A stretch of DNA of 64,000 nucleotides from Eledone cirrhosa (GCA_964016885.1 OZ024746.1:73160001-73224000); one strand, 5' to 3'; shown: positions 13,701 through 28,146, counted from the first letter of the stretch. Numbers and translations: made by a program. Notes: generated by a model not told the origin, from the sequence alone.

Positions 13701-15734
13701 TCATATGACAGCAAAAATAAATTAATTAATTAATACATAAGTAAATAAATAGAAATAAACGCCCCAGGGAAGAATCTGAACTCAGATCTAGAAGCTTGCT
13801 ATGCAATCGTTAACTATAGAATATCCAAGTGGTACTTCACTATTTAACTTGAAGTGAATGGCTCAACAATCATAGTACATATGAACTGTGATTATTCGGA
13901 CGATACACAGCATTGATCCTACCATCTTGCGGCATGTATCCTGTAACTAGTCAACATAGCAATCATAAACCTTAATTCTGTGATTTCGTACTCCAAATGT
14001 TTGATAAGGTGGAGTTAAATAAGTACACAAACAGCTACAAAGCAATAACAAAGAAATAGTAAAAATATACGCTCTTAATATAATCTTTAAATCGATTTAA
14101 GAAGAACAGTGATTTAGGTAGCTATAGACGAGTGGTCTGAAGTTTATGCTGAAAATAAGTATCTGTTTTTGTTACTATTTTTTTTTTACTACTACTAGTC
14201 TAGTTGTTTTCCAAAATCTATCTAACATTTTGATCAACAAATATAACATCAAAGTGATTGGTATTTCTGAGTTGCGAATAGCAGCCTGGTCAAGGTGAAA
14301 TGTTGTACGACTGTTTAATGAGCAGATACAATCCATATCATATGACTTCTATTGAAATGACCTGTTGCATCTAACCATTAATAGGTATCCTGTCAGTTTC
14401 ATCTAACATACAAATAAGATTAAGAAGCACGCACTGCATATCTAAGAAGATACGTAGCCGATCTCGCGGACTCTAAGCGCTGAGAATATAAAGTTAATAT
14501 AAAGAATGTGCTCATGCGCGGAAATGCTATAAAATAGCTTATAAAATAGGGTGAAAACTGTTAAAAGACAGAAAAATAAGTTGCCATCGGCCGCTCTGCG
14601 GATTTGAACCGCACATCTCCCAGATATCTATTTTATAACTGTTTTTATAGCATCTCCACTCATGAGTACACCAGTCATTATATTAACTTTACTATCTAAC
14701 TTGGAGGTGGATGGGGCCCACAAGATGAGATGCTCTGGATCAATTGTTTTCCAGGAGGGCGATGTTACAGCTCTGTACTTGGCGTTCAGATTGCTAATTG
14801 CACATTGTGGTTGAACGTATTCCTAAGTATTGTTGTTAATTTTGTTGTTAACCTCCGAAGTTTCCCATTTTTCTGTCTAGGTCTGGCGATGAGATACAAC
14901 CAAGGTGAAAGATGGAAATGGAAATGTTTTGACATTTCTGCAATAGCGTAACAACCTGACGCAATATATAACTCACCATTATGGTGGTGGATTGTCAGGA
15001 TCGTTAGAGCATCGAAAAAATGCTTTGCGATCATTTATGTTTTGAATTAAAATCCCGCCAAGATTATCTTTGCATTTCATCCTTCCGGAATCGATGAAAT
15101 ATGTACATGTTCGATCCTAAAATACAGCACCTTCTAAAAGGTCGAGCGATCAAGTAGAGGCTCCCTCGTATAGATTATATATAAATGTACACGTACAAAA
15201 GCTGAGGGATTTATCATGACCACTGGTAAAATAGTCAAATATATATGACTGGCTTTCATACAGTTTATATAAACTAAATTCCACGCACAAGGCATTGCTC
15301 GACCTTTTAGAAGCGTCAGGTACTTAGCTGCTATTCGTTGTAGGTGTCGTTAACATGCAAAGATCGCAACGTCTCTCATGCAATTATAATTATTTATCAT
15401 TAAGTAAAAACAGTCCATATTTCATGAGAAAGATGGGAAATTTATGTTTGTTTTGCCCCCAACGACATTCACACTATATATACTTGTATGGGGCTAAACA
15501 GAAATATTTCCTCATACATGGGCAATTTTATTTCTTTAGTCTGGTAAAAGAGTATGTTTAACTATAAATCTGAGCGCACGAAACCTGCAGGTATTATGAA
15601 ATAAACATTTTTATCCACATTCATACAATTATAACAAACTCTACAAACTTCTAACAGGTATTCAAATGTGTATTGAGTGTTTTCTTTTTACCGAAAACAT
15701 CAAACACACAAACACACTCATGTATGTATGTATG

Positions 15735-16302
15735 TATATATCTCTTTCTCTTAATTTCGAGTATATTTTTTTGACCGGCCACCTTCCTGGTGGCATGGTT
15801 GTAAAAGAAAAGAAATTGTCATCCCTTGAATCGCAAGAATGTTTTGCAAATTTTGAAGGTGCCAGCTATCGCAGCCATTTGTAGACTATGAATTAGGGAG
15901 CTGCGCTTTTTGTCCGCAAATCCAAGTTCAGTCATACTTTGGTCTAAGCGGGTTGGTATATAACCCGTAGCTCCAATAATGATGGGTATGAAGCTAAAGG
16001 TGTATCTTGGATACTGGATTTGTAAACTCCTCATCAATGGTCCGTAGATGTCCTCCTTCTCCTGTATTTTTCTGACAACGTTTACATCAAGTGGGCAGCT
16101 GATCTCCACAACAGAACACGTTTTCAATGTGTGGTCCCAAACTACAATATCAGGCCGGTTGTGCTTTAATTTGGTGGCAGTTTTTATTTTCAGGTTCCAC
16201 CAGTATTCCTTAGTGCCATCTGTCTCAATATATTCCTCCTCGTTTGTTGTTAATTTTGTTTTCTGAAGTGCGTTCCAGATGGTTCTAGCTATCCCATCGT
16301 GT
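15735..16302 (-). mobile_element. 5'-truncated RLE-type (R2/R4/NeSL group) LINE flanked by (CATA)n
   Basis: RHDGIARTIW...HNRPDIVVWD..VVEISCP..EKEDIY..IPIIIGATG. (TATG)n at 15720-15735 and 16304-16356. Confidence 0.85.
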
Positions 16303-16356
16303 CTATGTATGTATGTATGTATGTATGTATGTATGTATGTATGTATGTATGTATGT

Positions 16357-16960
16357 AGGAAAACTCTGATATAACACCTGCAACCCTGATGGTATCCAAT
16401 GATGTTGACTTGTTCTTCTTTTTGGTAAATATCATCTTGGTTAAGAGAGTGGGACTGGCTTTGTGCAGTGCCTTTGCTCACTATAAAAGCTTCACGGCAC
16501 AGGCATTGCTTTATATCTGGAGATCTCTCTGCACTTGTCGTCACATGGTACCATGGGCCCAGCACTATGTGTCAGTAATTGTCACAAGTGTAGTGTTTGT
16601 ACCAGAGTTTTCAAGTCGCTGGCTGGACTAAAAAGTCACACTCGTTCAGCGCATCGGTAGGGGTTCTCCTACATGGATATAAAGTAGTGGCCGTACTCGA
16701 AAACGAGTTGGCAGCCACCATGTATGTATGTATGTATGTATGTATGTATGTTAGGTCACCAGTTGGTGCTACTGGTAACATGTATCCCAGTATAACCTGT
16801 CTCATGGTCGGGTCGTTGACGACTAAACTGGCAACAAGTCGCTGGCTGGACTAAAAAGTCACACTCGTTCAGCGCATCGGTAGGGGTTCTCCTACATGGA
16901 TATAAAGTAGTGGCCGTACTCGAAAACGAGTTGGCAGCCACCATGTATGTATGTATGTAT
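16357..16960 (+). mobile_element. Two partial copies of a non-coding RTE-like element with (TATG)n tails
   Basis: Homologous to 32830-33437 (-). Both end GAGTTGGCAGCCACCA-(TGTA)n. 16753-16943 is an internally deleted 5'+3' fusion. Confidence 0.7.
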
Positions 16961-17635
16961 TTTCTTCTGGTTTTATAATTTCACAAAGTTTTACCAATAG
17001 AGAGAGAGAGTCGGTTTCTAACATAGATACAAGACTCTCTCATTGGAATTTACACACCATCAACTAGGTAGATTATGTATGCATGCCTGCATGTGTAGAT
17101 ATGAATGTTATTGTATGTATGGATGTGTATGTTTTGAGTTGTATGTGTGCATGTGTATATGCTTTGTATCTGTACATGTGTATATGCAGTTATTAGATGC
17201 AACAGTTTTGGAATGTTTTACATATTTTTACTGTTCCATTAATGGATTGTACTTGTAATATCCTAACTAGTTGTGTTCTTTCTGTTCCTGTGAAGCCTAG
17301 CTTCTCAAGATTTGTATTGGCGCAGTTACTAACATATCCTGGTGCCCCAATAATCACAGGCATAAATCTGAAGGTGTAATCAGGGTGGAGTATCTGCAGA
17401 TTTCTCATCAGTTCTGCATAAATATTCTCCTTTTCGCTAATCTTTGATATTATATTGGCATCTGCTGGGCAGCTAATTTCCACTACTGTGAATGCTTTCT
17501 TCTCCCTGTCCCATATCATAATATCTGGACTGTTATGCCTGCATTTTATTAGGGTTTTTACTGGAACATTCCACCAGTACTCTTTCATATTATGTAATGG
17601 ATGTCTTCCACATTGCTGTATCTTTTAATGTGTTT
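16960..17635 (-). mobile_element. Second family of RLE-type LINE 3' fragment flanked by (CATA)n
   Basis: ORF 17193-17588: EYWWN..HNSPDIMIWD..VVEISCP..EKENIY..PVIIGAPG, homologous to the 15819 ORF but with a different 3' UTR. Confidence 0.85.
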
Positions 17636-18489
17636 ATGTATGTATGTATGTATGTATGCATGTATGTATGTGTGTGTGTGTATGTATGGAATGTATGTAT
17701 GCATGTATGTATGTATGTGTGTGTGTATGTATGCATGTATGTATGTATGTATGGATGGACGGATGGATGGATAGATGCATGTATGTATGAAGGTATGTTT
17801 GTGTATACGTATGTATATATGCATAGATATATATATACACAAATATATACATGTATGCATGTATATATGCGTGTATGCATGTGTGCATACGTGTGCGTGC
17901 GTGTGTGGGTATGTGTATATGTATGTACGTGTGTAAGTTTATATATATATGTATGCATATCAGTATGCATATATACACAAACGTATGTATGTTGTATGTA
18001 TGTGTATATATGTATGTGTGTATGTATATATGTATATATGTATGTACGTATGTATAGATGTCTGCTTGCTGGTGCGCTTATGTGCTTGTGCCTGTGTGTG
18101 TGTGTGTGTTTGGTTGAGTGTGTGAGTTCGAGTGTGTGTGTGTATGTGTGTGTGTGTGTGTGTGTGCGCGCGCGCGTTTGGGTGTGTGTATGTGTGTCTC
18201 TGGGTATGTATGTATGTGTGTGTATGTGTATGTGTGTGTATGTGTCTATGTGTGTGTGTATGTGTGTGTGTCGGTACGTTAGGAAAATGAATATAAGTAA
18301 ATGTAATATAGTGGAATAGAGAATGTTAGAATGTTGCTATCAGATTTGAAAGATGAAGCTACTTTACTGTAACTGAACTCTTCACCAAACTTGGAAACTT
18401 TGAGAATCTCATTAAAAGCAGATCGATATTTTGTGAAAATGAATTGAAGTAATTGATCCAATTAACAAAATAATACTGTTAGGAATGAG

Positions 18490-18850
18490 ATTTGAAGAAA
18501 AAGAAAAAGAAGGAGAAGAAAAAGAAGAAGAAAAGAATGAGAAGAAGAAGAAGAAGAAGAAGAAGAAGAAGAAGAAGAAGAAGAAGAAGAAGGAGAAGAA
18601 GAAGAAAAAGAAGAAAAGAATGAGAAGAAAAAGAAGAAGAAAAGAACGAGATGACGATGATGAAGAAGAAGAAGAAAAAGAAGTAGAAGATGAAGAAGAA
18701 TGAGAAGAACATGAAGAAGAAGAAGAAGTAGTAGTAGTAGTAGTAGTAGAAGAAGAAGAAGAAGAAGAAGAAGAACGAGGATAAGAAGGAGTAGAAGAAG
18801 GAGAATGAACAGTACGTCGAGAAGGAGAAGAAGAGGAAGAAGAAAAAGGA
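18490..18850. repeat. (GAA)n-rich low-complexity tract
   Basis: Direct reading. Confidence 0.9.
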
Positions 18851-19214
18851 GAAGATGTAAAATAAATAAAATAAATAGCAACAACAGCAGTAGTAGTAGC
18901 AGTGGCATTATGCTTTGCAGCATAGAGTTACGCCCCTTTACGATCAGAGTTCAAATCCTGCCGAGGTTAACTTTGTTTTCATCCTTACGGGGTCGATAAA
19001 AGCGGCAAACAAAAATGAAACGGTTGAGGTAAGCCAGGAAGAATTGAATGAAGCCAAGCGAATGGTAAAAATATATGGTTACTGGGTCAGCCTCACGCCC
19101 CCCCCCCCATCTAATACCATGGAGCATCGGCTCCTATACACCGTGTCATATCGCACGATAAACATTAAAACGCGCCGAGTGGAACGGGCATCCGAGTCCT
19201 AGATACAAAAAGAT

Positions 19215-20514
19215 TTGGGTCATGTGTGGGCTCAAAAAACCCACATCAGACGTGGGCTAAAATATGGAACCGTGGACGTGTTCTTTGAAACCCCACAGGA
19301 AGCCAGAGAGCACTCCATGGCCCCATTAAAAAGTGACGAGTTCACACTCGTCCCAAGTTATTGTGGTCAGAGGCTGGTAAGGATCAGGGTGACCCAGGTT
19401 CCACCGGCCATTGAAATTCCCTGTCTAATGGCTGCCGTCCTCGCCGACATCGAGGCCGACACTAAAGTAATTGAGGTGATAAAAGTAAAGTAGGAGAACT
19501 GGTCCGGATCTGGGATGGAGCTCCTGATCCAAGTGGACCAAAAACATACAGGAAATTGAATGACGGCAGCCACCTCACTGTAATCGTTGAGGGTAGAAGG
19601 CCTAGGTGTGTCGTTTGTGGCGAAGGAACCCACCTAAAGGCTTTCTGCCCTCAGGCTAAAAAGTTGAGGCCACCTTTCCTACCCACCCCAGTGACTCAAC
19701 CATCAAAACCATCAGCAGAAATGGCAGAAGAAGCAACAACAACAGAAGCAACCGTAGCAGCAACAACCACAGCAACTGTAGTAGCAACAGTAGCAAAACC
19801 ACCACCACCACTACGCACCGCGCCAGAATTAGCACCAGCGCCTCCACCATCCACCACGCCACAACCAAAACCAACGCCTGTGGAGGATTTTCCACTCCCC
19901 GACCTCCCGCAACTGGAGACAGATTGTGACGATGAGGAGGAGTGGGAAATGGTATCTGGAAAAAAGAAAAAAAAGAAACCAAAAAAGAAAAAATTTCTCT
20001 TCCTTCGCCCTCCAAAACCAAAATGCAGGGCGAAACAAACAAAGAAACTAACAAAAAAGTTAAGACAGCTATGTCACCACCAACATCAGCATCACCAGGC
20101 CCATCACCACAAACACCAACACAATCACCATCATTTACCCCAACACCACAAAAATCACCAACAAGCGAAACAGAAACAAACCCACAACAAACGCAAACAA
20201 AACGAAGCAACCAAAACGTTACACACCACACAGTATTAAATTTGAACAACAACCAATTATTACACTTCATCCAATACAACACCAGCATCACAGAAAAAGA
20301 CTATAAAACACCCAAAAAATTCACACCACCTCATATACAAATCACTCGCATCACACAGAAAACAGACACGACACTAAAATTAAAATTCCCTAAGGACATC
20401 GGAGACTTCCGACAAAGACTCTTCAGGAGGATTTATAAAGACATCCTTCCGGAGGGGGCCACAAACAGTGAGAAGGACGGACAAACCATTCTTCCTCCAC
20501 AAGAAGTGAGGTAA
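19215..20514 (+). pseudogene. Tx1-like ORF1 (gag-like CCHC knuckle, Pro/Thr-rich tail), disrupted
   Basis: ORFs 19215, 19556 and 19942 are collinear with the 388-aa ORF at 41198. Confidence 0.8.
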
Positions 20515-20549
20515 GTGGTCTTTCCCATCTTTTCCCACTCCTTTTCAAC

Positions 20550-22795
20550 ATGGCCTTACTCAGAATAGGCAACATAAATGCGCGTGGCCTGGGGTCGTCA
20601 TGGAAGCAGGGCCACCTCATCAACGACCTCAGGTCACTAAACATAGATGTAGTGGCCATCAGCGAAACCAGAATCTCCGAAGCACGAGCCTTCGCACCTA
20701 TCTTCGGCGGCTACGATGTATACGCATCTCCCAGCCGTCCAGGGTCGGGGGGAGGAGTTGCTGTGCTTTTTCGGAGAGGCTTGGATCTTGCCATACGGGC
20801 CATCTTCCTGGACCCAGAAGGTAAGTTGGTGGTGCTGGACGTGACCAGCGGAGACGGGCAAGCTTTCAGGCTAGTGGCCATCTATACCCCGACAGGAGCA
20901 GGGCGGCCTGATTTCCTCCGGCGTCTGAAGACCTTTCTTCGAACGTCCTGCTCTTTAGTGTTAGTGGACGACTAGAACGGGATCTAAGATGCACGCTGGG
21001 ACTGTGGGATTAGCGGATAGGGGAGGAGGGTGTAAAAGCCTCGCAAACCTTGTCAGACGGTTTCAACTGTCTGACAGGTACCGTCTGGATTTCCCGAATG
21101 TGCCAATGTGGACATGGACAAATCGCATAGGGTCATCCAGATCATATCTAAATAGAGTATTTTGTAGGGAAATAGATAGGCTGTCCGCATTTCAAAATAG
21201 TCGACTACACGGACCATAAATTCGTGATCTGTGAGGTTGACTTAGATAGGCTTTATAGACAGGGACCCGGCTACTGGAAGCTAAACGCATCGTTAACAGC
21301 GCGCAATACCTACAGAGACCGGATTAGCGAACTAGTTAAGCGGGCGTTGATGGGGGCCATCGTCAACAACAAATGGTGGTTTGCTCTAAAAAGAGCGATT
21401 AGAATAGAGTCCATTAGGTTTAGTTAGGCGTTAGCAATAGAGAAAAATAGTGCAGAGGGAGAACTAGTTGGAAAATTAGACGAGGCGCTTAGTAAAGGCA
21501 TCTCGACCGACGTCCTTGCGGCGAAATTGGCCCTTGACCAATTCTTCAATGCAAAGCACGAAGGCTGCGCTGGAAGCGCTAAGGTGCGTGCTCTCAGACA
21601 CGAGGGGACGAAAGCCGTTCAATGGGCCCGAGTGGCGGAGGCGCGTCGTGGCAACAAAGCCACGATCCGGTCTTTGGTGGACCACGACGGGTACATGCTA
21701 CTCGATCCCGGGAAAATGTGTGAAGCTTTTCAGCGACACTTCACTCAGCTGTTCGGGGGCAGTGGCACAAGGGGTAAATCGCCTGGTTTGGATGGTCTGC
21801 CCTACGAACTTTACGTACACATGTCAGACTTGTTCTGAAACCTCTTGGTGGGCGTCTACTGCAACTGGCAACAGAACGGGAGAATTCCCAGCTCTGTGAG
21901 CCGAGGAGCTAAGTCTCGCCAGACTGCGCTGGAGCGTTTGCTCTTTCGCTTTTTGTGGAAAGGACGCGCTCCGATGGTCAGGCGGTCCATCTGCTGTCAA
22001 CACCCGCTACGTGGAGGGCTGGGCATGCCGTGGCTGATGATGCGCAGACACGCGCTCAGGCTACGACATCTCCACCTCTTCCTCGACGGTGATCAGGTGT
22101 GGTCGCCGTTTGCTAGACACGTCTTTCCCCAGCTCGTCTCGTTGACGGAGCTGCAGTCCTTGGTCAAGCGAAGACCGAGAGGGAGCGCTTGGAGACTAGA
22201 ATGTCTTCAGGCGCTCACAGCCCTCGACCAGTCGGGCAATGTGATCGGTGGAAACTCCACCTTGGCGTTCTATAGAGGATTAGTGGAGAGGAAGAGCAAC
22301 GACGCTCTTGGAGAAACTCTAGGCGTCGACGAAAATCAACTAGCCAATCTCTTCGGAAGAACTTTCGGGCCGGGGCCTATGGACAACTTCCAGAAATCCC
22401 TGGCGTGGCAGTGCTACGGAGGAACTTTGCCAGTTCGGGATAAACTCTACAGGCATGGAAGTGCCGTCAGCCGGGCAGGTCCGCGATGCGCGCAGGGCGA
22501 CGAAACCGTCCTGCACGCACTCGTCCAGTGTCCGAGCATTGCTGACTTGTGGGTTTATGTCGAACACCTGCTGCCGCGTGTAGGACGGATCCGGCTATCA
22601 GCTGAGTCCATTGTGAGTATTGCCCCGCCCTCTTCCTTTATCCGGGAAGGGCAGGTAGTTTTTATCTGCCTGGTGGCCATGGCGAAAGAGATAGTATGGT
22701 GGACACGTTTGAAAGGGCTGAAGACGAGTACTTATCTCTTCGGTGATGCCCTGATTAACTTTTTCAAATTTCATTGGAAAAGGAAAATAAGGTAG
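20550..22795 (+). pseudogene. Tx1-like ORF2 (APE endonuclease, partial RT, C-terminal zinc finger), disrupted
   Basis: NINARGL, ISETRI, WTWTN..SRSYLNRVF, GPGYWKLN, SPGLDG, GGLGMP, LPVRDKL, ETVLHALVQC. Confidence 0.88.
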
Positions 22796-22945
22796 AGAGG
22801 GAGGCCCTCTCTTCCCAGCATTTTGTTGAAAGATGGGTGAGAGAGGCAACGAGGTTAACTTTGCCTTTCATCCTTACGGGGTCGATAAAATAAAGTACCA
22901 GTAATACACTGGTTAATTGCTGGCCTTGTGGCAAAAGTAGAAACA

Positions 22946-23048
<103 letters not shown>

Positions 23049-24229
23049 ATAGTAGTGGGAAACAGAAAAAATAATTTATGCGAAAACGAAAGTGTAGTGT
23101 ACAAAAGAGCGAAAATTAAGAAGAATATGGTTGTATGTGACATATTGACATATTTCATGTAGGGAAAATTTTTTTTTTTCAGATAACTTCATGCGTATTT
23201 AGCAAAAAAAAAGAAAAAGTTTTTCCTAGATATGATCAATTCTTTAATTAGTTTGTATGCATGTTTCGATGCCTCAAGTCACTAAATAACCATGATTAAT
23301 TATATATCACTATAATTGCATCATACATATTATTTGTCAGGTTTCTGTGGCATCGATCAAACTTTATTTCTTCTCAAACGTTTTACCTAATTCATGTTTT
23401 TAAAAATTCCTTGAATTTTTCTCTCTTCTTCTTTGAAGATAGATGTTAAGATATATTTTTATCAGCTAACCGTTTTATAGATCAATGGACTATATAGAAC
23501 CAAACGCGAATTAGCAGAATCACTGGAGCACCAAATTAAATGCCTTCTTGCTACATTTCTTCCGTCTTTACTAACTTCTGAGCTCAAATTTCACTGAGGT
23601 CATATTTACCTTGCATCCCTACGGAATATGAATTAAGTACCGATCAAGGGCGAAGTATTGGGCGGAATTGCTACAGCATTGTTCAAAATCACACCTCTTG
23701 AAAATGGTCATATGATATAGTCGGTGCAATATAATCCAAACACACATGAAACCTTCTGAGATGTAACTTCAACGGCGGCATATGAAATCTGCACATGTGT
23801 GAGATGTATCAGCACCAGCATCTCCAGCACCAGAACCAGGACACCCCACCACCACCACCACAAAAACAACAATGTGCCGAAGCTACATTTAGTAGCTTTA
23901 AGCCACGCAGAGCTATGGCGTTAGGAAACTCGCTTAGCAACTATGTAGTTTAAAACTCGATTCCATTGGGCGACAATTTGAAAATGAGTTTTCTACCATA
24001 AATCAAAACTCTATCAAAATAATGTGAGTGAAGTTTGATAAAAAGAAACTGTAGAAGCCCATCAATGAGATTGTTCTTGATCTTACGTGGTATTCGATTA
24101 AACACTCATCACCTGAATCTTGCACACTGCATGATCAGAATTTTTATCTGAAAATAACTTCCTTCTCCACTCTCTCATCTAAAAGGCTCTGAAAGTGATC
24201 ATGCGCACTGATCATTTTCTTAAGCATGT

Positions 24230-24700
24230 ATGGACTCGAGACGTAAGGGCACCGTAGGGTCATACAGCGTGTCTTGGACTAGATCCCCAAGCAAGACCAA
24301 CCAAGTTTGTGGATGTAATCCAACCATCTTGTTCTGGGTCTACACCTGGGTCTCCTACCGATTAGTTTTGGCCGTAAAATCTGTCCAGCAATTCTTTCCT
24401 AAAACATTCTAACCACATCGGAACTGTGATCTCTCAATTCGGAGAAGTAGTCTACATAGAGTGACTCTTTGATCCCCGAGCTCGAATTTTATTGAGTAAC
24501 GTTACTCCAAAGACCCGTTGGAGGAACCTCATTTCGGCCACTTGTATTCCTGATTGTATTCTTTCGGTCATTATTCAAGATTCATGACGATAGGTAAGGG
24601 TTGGCACAAATACCGAATTGATGATAGCCAGTTTGGCTTTAACACCTCCTTTCCTTCTGGTTATCGAATCCTGAAGCGTATTGCTATAGCAGTTCCTGCA
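24230..24700 (-). mobile_element. Degraded RTE-clade LINE 3' fragment
   Basis: Minus strand at about 24515-24550 reads IQVAEMRFLQR. Homologous to 53870-53980 and 62893-63010. Confidence 0.7.
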
Positions 24701-25923
24701 ATTCTTACACTAGTCATAAGAATACTTAATTCAGGAGGCTGAATGAAGTGCTCTTATGACTAAGTGATAAAAAACACAATCATTTAGACAATTTGGTAAA
24801 TAGAGGAAAATGTATAATTCCTTCCGTCTGCACAAGGATGTGAAACCTCAAGTAATTAATTTGTAGTCTTAATCCTGGCCTACTACACCTTGCTTTTACA
24901 AAATGCAGTCTCACAACATAACTTTGAGTTAGTAAGTTTGAAAGAAATCATATTTTTCCTTCCCCCTTTTCAACACATACAGAGAGAGAGAGACAGGCAT
25001 ACATCAATCAAACACTAAATGTGTGGTTGAGTATAGTTGGTTGAAATCATAGAAGTTAATAAAGTCTAGTACGAGGGATGTAGTAATGTTATTTAATCAA
25101 GATCATAAATCCTAGGTGTTTCTTTGAAAAACCATTACAGAAAATAAAATTCTATATAAAATTGCAATGAAGAAGATAAGAATTTACACAACGAATGCTT
25201 CAAGAGCCGTGTGTTTCCATGAATGATCTGTAAAGATGTATGAATATTAGTGTGGTCACCTGAGCGCTGTGCTCTTTAAGAACAGGAAATAGTTGGATGT
25301 TATCCAATTTCTTTTTTTTTTAGATACGGAATGTCTGCAAGTCATCTGCAGTAGAATGTGTTGCCGATCCTTCATTGAAAATTTATGAATTCTTTTTGAA
25401 AAATGAAGAATGAGCAAGTAACGCAGATGACGTTAGATTTAAATGCAAACAACGCTATCTTCTGAGAGAGATTTCAAACGAAACGTATATATGATTTGGT
25501 TTGACAAAAAAGGCTATCCATGGACATACATATTGACTTCTAATAGTACTATCGCAAAAGATAGATAGTGGCTGACTTGTTTACATCACTGCCACTATAG
25601 TAAAATAGGTCAACTAGCCCAAAACACCCCTACGTGCAGTTATTATAGCTGATTGGTAAAATCAACCCAAGCAGGCTGGCCTGCTTCAAGGACAACTGAC
25701 CTAAGAAATTCAATAGGCTTGCTACTGGAGTGTTAAGATAGTGTCTGACCAATGAGAGGAAGGTATACCCTTCGGATGTTCGAATTCATTCCTTCTAGTT
25801 CATATGCCACCAGTTCTTTGCATAAACAACACCACATTTCGGATCTTGGCATATCAACGAATTAACAAGGTAAACTCTATTCCACCATTATGTTTCCCTG
25901 TTTTTATTCTATTCAAGTTCTAG

Positions 25924-25980
25924 CTGCCTGATGAGGTCATAGCTGTTGAATGATGCTTATCACCGAAATACATATTACAG
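25924..25980 (+). ncRNA. Candidate type I hammerhead ribozyme
   Basis: CTGC CTGATGA GGT..ACC GAAA TACATA TT ACAG. Followed by TTGAGTGCT at 26072 and (TA)n at 26130. Confidence 0.6.
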
Positions 25981-26129
25981 TGAATATGAATAAACGAGTT
26001 AATTTTAACCTGTTGACTTACACTTCTTGTTTTAATTACTCCGGAGGAAACAGACTCCCCTGGGCACTTCGTTGAGTGCTCTAACCTCCATACTGAAGTA
26101 TCGGTAAGCAACCAACACATACTCTAATT

Positions 26130-26270
<141 letters not shown>

Positions 26271-26399
26271 GTATGTATGTATGTATTTATACATGCAGAT
26301 TGAGTAGGACTATTGTATAATCTAATTTACATATAAAAACAGAAAAAGCAGCAATCTATTATATTAAAGGAATGCCTGAAACTCGCATCGATATTTAAG

Positions 26400-27050
26400 C
26401 AGGGGCGTATCTAGGATTCATTGCGTCAAGAGAAAATCAATAAATGGCGCCCATAAAGCCAGTGTTCATTAAAATTTTAGCTAATTCCTATTATAATAGT
26501 CAACCTTGTTACTCAGAATAATGACTCCAATATATTTTTTAAGAAATTTATATTATGGCAAATAAATAGCAATTATATATCTGAAATATATAAAATATAA
26601 ACTATGCATAAAACAATTATCAATAAATTTACAACAATATAGAATGATACACAACTATGTGAATATTTATTGAAATGAAATTATTCTAATTATGTGGAAC
26701 TTCAAAAGAAATAATTTGTGTATATCTGCGTTTGGCTATTTTTTTAAAGAATGGTTTTGCATTTCATTTTAAAATTTAACTTTTTTTTGTTAATTTTGAT
26801 GATGCTGATGTGTGAATTATATCATCAAAAGATGAAGGTTTTTCGTATTTCATTGAAATTCTCAATTACAACATGCTGAACGATCATTCACAGCTAGCTT
26901 CATTTCTCCAAGCGCTTCTTTCCACTTTTTTTGTGGCGTCATTTTTACTATATTATTCCACACAGCATTGCTTCAAGTGATTTAATGAGCAATGGTTCTC
27001 GAATGTTTAAAAATCCTTGAAGGCGTGTTAAATCACAGGCAGCATCATGA
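26400..27050 (-). mobile_element. hAT-like DNA transposon relic
   Basis: Terminus CAGGGGCGTATCTAG at 26400. Minus strand at about 26860-26900 reads ASCE*SFSML*L, like the ASCERSFS motif of the hAT dimerisation domain. Confidence 0.55.
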
Positions 27051-27511
27051 AAATAATAACTTGTCGATAATATATGGTATCATCTAGGAATCATTTTTCA
27101 AAACAGTAGATGCAAATAAGAACTATATTCCAAATTCAAGAAAAACCAAGAAATTAAAAGTGAAAATTCTATCAAGAACCTACATTACATCAGAATATGT
27201 CATTTTATATCCACAACAATACGAAACTATTTGATTATTTAAAGCTCCTACTTATTGTCTTATATATGTGCGCGCCCATGTGTGATTGTGTGTGTACATG
27301 TGCATGTGTGAGCGTTTGTGTATTTGTATGTATATGTGTGTTTTTATATAAATAATATAAATGGCTAACTAAATATGTGTGTTTTTATATAAATAATATA
27401 AATGGCTAACTAAACAAACATATGCTTTCTCTCCAAAAAAATTGTTTCGTTCTTCCCTCTTTTCACTTTCGTTTATCTTTCTATTCCTTCTTTTATTTTT
27501 CATTCTATATT

Positions 27512-27539
27512 CTGATAACAGACTAACGTCTGAAACGTC
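27512..27539 (+). ncRNA. Degenerate minimal hammerhead (G8 to A)
   Basis: CTGATAA C AGAC TAAC GTCT GAAAC GTC. A similar flank at 33785-33930 lacks the motif. Confidence 0.45.
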
Positions 27540-28102
27540 AAGACCCTTTTCATACTAGATCAAGCGTCAAACTATATATATATATATCTTCATTGTACTG
27601 TAGCGTTTCCTGTGTTTTTTATCCGTTTACCGTTCATACACACACACACGAATATATATATATATATGGGGGTATAGGGAAGTAATTTACGTTTACTCTC
27701 AGTACTTAAACGGTATTCACACTTGTCTCTATCACGGAGCCATTTCTAAACGTATAAGGTAGAGGAATGATTAACACATACACATATATACACATTTTCT
27801 TGATGTGAGATCGTGTGTTGAAACATACATAGTTATACAGTTGAAGGTCCATTCTGTCAATCAAACCTGCACAGTTTATAGTTAATTAACCTATTAATTG
27901 CTATCAACGTCTTTTGTCATACTTTTGTTGCATTTGACTGACTTCCCTCTGTTAAAATATTTTTCCTACTTCACATCCTACTTCACATCAGTATCTGTTT
28001 GAAAATGTTTATATTTAAATTTGCTGGTGATGCTGTACATGCTATAGGTGTGTATATACAACCTTTTGTCTTTTTATCAGCGTTATACTTTCGTTAGACA
28101 CA

Positions 28103-28146
<44 letters not shown>

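Larger units (their letters stand above)
19002..22849 (+). mobile_element. Tx1/L1-clade LINE copy 1; both ends missing, RT core deleted, embedded in an S1 SINE
   Basis: ORF1 pieces with a CVVCGEGTHLKAFC knuckle. ORF2 begins at 20550 with an APE domain (GNINARGL, SET). KSPGLDGLPYELY precedes the deleted RT core; the C-terminal Cys/His motif follows. Many stops and frameshifts. Confidence 0.92.

Noticed and set aside
15819-16565. 248-aa ORF as one protein
   Set aside because: Chimeric read-through: antisense non-coding element, then (CATA)n, then an RLE fragment.
25310-25413. Possible host exon after a polypyrimidine tract and AG (IRNVCKSSAVECVADP...)
   Set aside because: No recognisable domain, no partner exons and no transcript evidence. 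It cannot be supported from sequence alone.
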